Positions 17,231 through 20,000 of a stretch of 20,000 nt of DNA are shown piece by piece. The DNA comes from an uncultured virus (IMG/VR IMGVR_UViG_3300032307_000957). Its lineage: Duplodnaviria; Heunggongvirae; Uroviricota; Caudoviricetes. Location: IMG/VR virus record IMGVR_UViG_3300032307_000957; one strand, 5' to 3'. How positions within the stretch are numbered: position 1 is the first letter of the stretch; the number at the start of each line of letters is the position of its first letter. The position numbers and the translations under genes are program-made. Under the pieces are notes generated by a model, which saw nothing but the letters and a program-made list of their open reading frames with translations, was not told the origin of the DNA and searched no databases.

Positions 17231-18020
17231 TTTTATATTACCACAATTAATTAATTATAATTTAATTAGTGATGCTATTAATTGGTACCAAAACAATGGT
17301 TTTGAATATATAGAAGTCCCATGGAAAGTTAGCAAAGAAGCAATGAGTGTTACTTTTCCAAATTCAAAAAAGGGTTTAGTTGGTTCTGCTGAACAATCAT
17401 TTATTCAAATGATGTTGGATGGCAAATTAAAAAATGGAAAATATGTTGCTTGTACTCCTTGTTTTAGAAATGAAGTAGTTGATGAGTATCATTATCCATA
17501 TTTTATGAAAGTAGAATTGATTGATTTTGGATCATCTAGTTATAACCAAAACTTGCTTTTATCTAAAAAATTCTTCGAGTCTAGACTTCACGTTAAATCA
17601 GAAATTAAGTTTAAAGAATTGAAAACAAAAGATGGTTTTGATTTATTAATGTCTTTTGATAGTAAAAATGAACTTGAAGTTGGTTCTTATGGTGTAAGAA
17701 AATATAAAGATTTCATTTGGTCATATGGAACAGGTATAGCAGAACCAAGGTTTTCAAAACACCTTTTAAATTTAAACTGTGGGTTTAAATATATAAACAT
17801 TTATAAAGGTTACAGGATTGAAAATAAATTATCTTGTGATAATATAAAAAAAGGTATTTTAAATGAAATTATTCATCTAAAAAACTTAAATTATAATTAT
17901 ACTCACGAATACTTTTCAAACAAAAAAGAGCGCCATTCAATATCAATACCTGCATCTCTTGATTTTGATGAAGTTTGCGCTGAAATTGATACAATAGTTT
18001 CATTAAAGGATATTATATGA
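17214..18020 (+). CDS. class II aminoacyl-tRNA synthetase-like catalytic domain (no anticodon domain) with C-terminal extension ending in LKDII
   Basis: motif 1 GFEYIEVP, motif 2 TPCFRNE...FMKVE, EVGSYG, motif 3 YGTGIAEPR. Confidence 0.8.
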   Translation: MEKESNFILPQLINYNLISDAINWYQNNGFEYIEVPWKVSKEAMSVTFPNSKKGLVGSAEQSFIQMMLDGKLKNGKYVACTPCFRNEVVDEYHYPYFMKVELIDFGSSSYNQNLLLSKKFFESRLHVKSEIKFKELKTKDGFDLLMSFDSKNELEVGSYGVRKYKDFIWSYGTGIAEPRFSKHLLNLNCGFKYINIYKGYRIENKLSCDNIKKGILNEIIHLKNLNYNYTHEYFSNKKERHSISIPASLDFDEVCAEIDTIVSLKDII

Positions 18021-18292
18021 AAAAAGATGTTAAAATAAGGATAGTTATTTGTAAGAAATATAATTTTGTTTTTCAAAATCAAAATAAGAATGTTTTGAAA
18101 GATGAAATAATGGGAGCAAAAGAAAAGTGCAAAAATAACTCAGAACATGCTTACTTAAGCAATTACAGAATTGATTTTTCTAAAACCTGTTATTATTTAG
18201 ATTTTGATATTTCAACTCCAACAGAAAAAATTATTAAAGAATTCTACAAAGAATCAAATAGATTAAAAGAATTGAGAGAAATTATATGTTAA
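18017..18292 (+). CDS. hypothetical protein related to the 16032 family, LREIIC tag
   Basis: YYLDFDISTPTEKI...RLKELREIIC. Confidence 0.75.
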   Translation: MKKDVKIRIVICKKYNFVFQNQNKNVLKDEIMGAKEKCKNNSEHAYLSNYRIDFSKTCYYLDFDISTPTEKIIKEFYKESNRLKELREIIC

Positions 18293-18573
18293 TTTATGTA
18301 AATGACACTAGCAAATGTAAATATTTGTGCTGGGTAAACATTCAAAAAGATACATTTGTAATTACAAATTACAAACTTGCAATTAAAAGAATAAAAGAAA
18401 AACATGATTCTTTTTTTATAAAAAACAATAATTTATCAAAAAAATATTTAAAAGAAATTGAATCTAACCCTTTTAACAAGGATGGAGTTATCTTAGTTTT
18501 CAATGGAGATAATCCATTTGAAGAGATCAAAAAAGAAATAGATAATTATATTTCATTATATGAAATAATATAG
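18286..18573 (+). CDS. hypothetical protein related to the 16032 family, LYEII tag
   Basis: ILVFNGDNPFEEIKKEIDNYISLYEII. Confidence 0.75.
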   Translation: MLIYVNDTSKCKYLCWVNIQKDTFVITNYKLAIKRIKEKHDSFFIKNNNLSKKYLKEIESNPFNKDGVILVFNGDNPFEEIKKEIDNYISLYEII

Positions 18574-18598
18574 CAATTGTTTTTTTAAAAACATAAAC

Positions 18599-18627
18599 TT
18601 GACAAGCCGCGATGACCATGCTATGGT
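18599..18627 (+). promoter_or_regulatory. sigma70-like promoter (TTGACA-17bp-TATGGT, extended -10 TGc)
   Basis: -35 at 18599-18604, TGCTATGGT at 18619-18627, intergenic. Confidence 0.8.
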
Positions 18628-18650
18628 GAGAGGACAAATGGGTATCCCTT

Positions 18651-19004
18651 ATGAAAAACATATCATTTAAAGCCAGAACCAATGGAAAAGGATTTTGGTC
18701 AAATACAGTTGCAGAAGTTAATATAGTTGGTTATGAATTAACTCATTTAACATGTTATCGTAATGACTATTATTCATATACAAAGTTATATTTTGATAAC
18801 AGTTGGAATACTAAAGAGTATGGTTTGATTTATACTGACCCTCTCTTCATTAAAGATGTTACACTAAACCTTAAACCAATTCTAAAATTTAAATCAATTG
18901 ATTATACCGAAAATGGTATGCAAGGTAATAATTATGTAAGCTTAGAGTGTGATTTTGATAAAAAAACCTATGAAGAGTTAAAAACTTTAATTGATATTAT
19001 TTAG
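18651..19004 (+). CDS. conserved phage hypothetical protein, LIDII tag
   Basis: TNGKGFWS...GLIYTDP...YTENGMQGNNYVS; ends ELKTLIDII. Confidence 0.8.
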   Translation: MKNISFKARTNGKGFWSNTVAEVNIVGYELTHLTCYRNDYYSYTKLYFDNSWNTKEYGLIYTDPLFIKDVTLNLKPILKFKSIDYTENGMQGNNYVSLECDFDKKTYEELKTLIDII

Positions 19005-19055
19005 TGAAGAAAAAATGTATTATACATCAACAAAAACAAAAGAAAGAAGTTAAAT

Positions 19056-19505
19056 ATGATTTACGAAGTAAAAATTACAGAATCTGGCCAAAATCAATAT
19101 ATTGAAGTTCCTAACGAGCTAAATCAAACAATGTGTATCCATGTAATGGAATATTATCCAAATGGAAAAGAGCACAATTACAAATTTGCAGAAGTTCTTG
19201 GAAAGATTGACGAATCCCTTGTTGACAAGGAAGATATAATTTCTTTTGCTGAATTTATTCACCCCAATCTTTTTTTTAATGAAACGGAAGCTACAGACGA
19301 ACAAGGCAACCCTAATCCTGATAAGGGTAAGATATTTATTGATCAAGAAGTATTTCAATTGGTGAATAAGAACTTTATTCAAGAGATGTTTTATTTGTGG
19401 TCAAGTTTACCATCAATTTCTGTTCAACAATATCTTGACAAGATTGAAATGCAAGATTTAGATCAGATTTATGATGATGCCGTTTTACAGGATATTGTTG
19501 AGTAA
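19056..19505 (+). CDS. acidic hypothetical protein, degenerate tag (VLQDIVE)
   Basis: 149-aa ORF, TAATG-coupled to next start. Confidence 0.75.
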   Translation: MIYEVKITESGQNQYIEVPNELNQTMCIHVMEYYPNGKEHNYKFAEVLGKIDESLVDKEDIISFAEFIHPNLFFNETEATDEQGNPNPDKGKIFIDQEVFQLVNKNFIQEMFYLWSSLPSISVQQYLDKIEMQDLDQIYDDAVLQDIVE

Positions 19506-19580
19506 TGTATACTTTTGTTGTTTATTATCCAAAACTTGCTCCGGAAATTAGATCTTTTAAAGATAAAAAATTCTTATTGG
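19505..19580 (+). pseudogene. 5' fragment of a gene interrupted by the TnpB element
   Basis: TAATG-coupled ATG 19505 reads MYTFVVYYPKLAPEIRSFKDKKFLL, then runs into the element end at 19581. Confidence 0.55.
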
Positions 19581-20000
19581 GTGAACTACTTTTACCTAAA
19601 GGTGAAAGCTTCCTATCTTTATTGGATCAAAAATATCATTTTTTGATCCAATAATCAAGGCTTTATATTCGGGCAGTTCCTGCCCTATTAACTTTATATT
19701 TTTTGCTGCATTTATATCTCTATCATGATTAGTATGGCAATGCTTGCATTGCCATTCTCTATCTTCTAATTTTAATTCTTTATTTATTTCTTTGCAACAA
19801 GAACACATCTTTGATGTATTTTTAGGATTTACTTTTATTAAATATTTTCCTCTAAACTCTGCTTTATATGTCAACATTCTTATGAATGTTGACCAAGAAG
19901 CATCTCCAATTAATCTATTCATATTATGATTAGATTTTTGTTGAAGATTTTTTACATTCAAATCTTCAACAAAAATAACTTGGTTTTCGTTTATTATTCT
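19581..20000 (-). mobile_element. IS200/IS605- or IS607-type TnpB element, right end (continues beyond window)
   Basis: tnpB followed on the - strand by GAAGCTTTCACC-TTTA-GGTAAAAGTAGTTCAC: subterminal hairpin plus TCAC end typical of TnpB right ends. Confidence 0.8.
19596..20000 (-). CDS. tnpB: RNA-guided endonuclease TnpB, C-terminal part (5' partial)
   Basis: IFVEDLNVKNL (RuvC II E), DASWSTFIRMLTYKA, TSKMCSCC...WQCKHC Zn finger, HDRDINAAKNI (RuvC III D); frame open to the window edge. Confidence 0.92.
   Translation of the reverse strand, partial: RIINENQVIFVEDLNVKNLQQKSNHNMNRLIGDASWSTFIRMLTYKAEFRGKYLIKVNPKNTSKMCSCCKEINKELKLEDREWQCKHCHTNHDRDINAAKNIKLIGQELPEYKALIIGSKNDIFDPIKIGSFHL

Noticed and set aside
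1653..19505. LKEII motif explained purely as a by-product of Shine-Dalgarno plus ATGA overlap
   Set aside because: Not sufficient alone: synonymous variation, conservative substitutions, upstream helical periodicity and retention at uncoupled stops (8636, 10396, 18573, 19004) argue for protein-level selection. Kept only as a secondary role.
999..19929. Minus-strand ORFs (999-1232, 4612-4824, 4805-4996, 5675-6025, 7732-7998, 8195-8398, 10168-10356, 12720-12911, 13504-13689, 15712-15924, 19119-19382) and nested + ORFs (7752-7943, 19744-19929)
   Set aside because: They are shadows of better-supported, tightly tiled genes, with F/L/I/S-rich antisense-type composition and no motifs.
1..20000. Stop-codon reassignment (TAG/TGA recoding seen in some large phages)
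   Set aside because: Genes tile densely under the standard code, and TAA, TAG and TGA all end tagged proteins at the same motif position.

Overview
Very AT-rich, densely packed, almost entirely + strand array of about 59 short genes, many coupled by ATGA or TAATG overlaps. This is typical of the accessory/early region of a large (jumbo-type) bacteriophage; no core virion or replication genes lie in the window, so that assignment is inferred. Recognisable products: a partial OmpR/PhoB-type winged helix, a cyclic-phosphate-processing receiver-like protein, an orphan MqsA-like Zn-finger/HTH protein, a GNAT acetyltransferase, a MazG-like pyrophosphohydrolase paired with a truncated class II aaRS-like protein, 23-aa Trp-repeat proteins, two lipoproteins, and the 3' part of a TnpB element inserted into a gene. 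The most striking feature is that 25 otherwise diverse ORFs end in one C-terminal helix, [ED]-hydrophobic-x-x-[LI]-[KR]-[ED]-I-I(-E/S/C), the 'LKEII tag'. It is encoded with varied synonymous codons and persists where no downstream gene is coupled, which suggests a shared protein-level docking or targeting signal on a diversified effector repertoire. Three sigma70-like promoters share a TGCTATG extended -10 and GC-rich spacers; in two of them the -35 sits in the loop of an inverted repeat.
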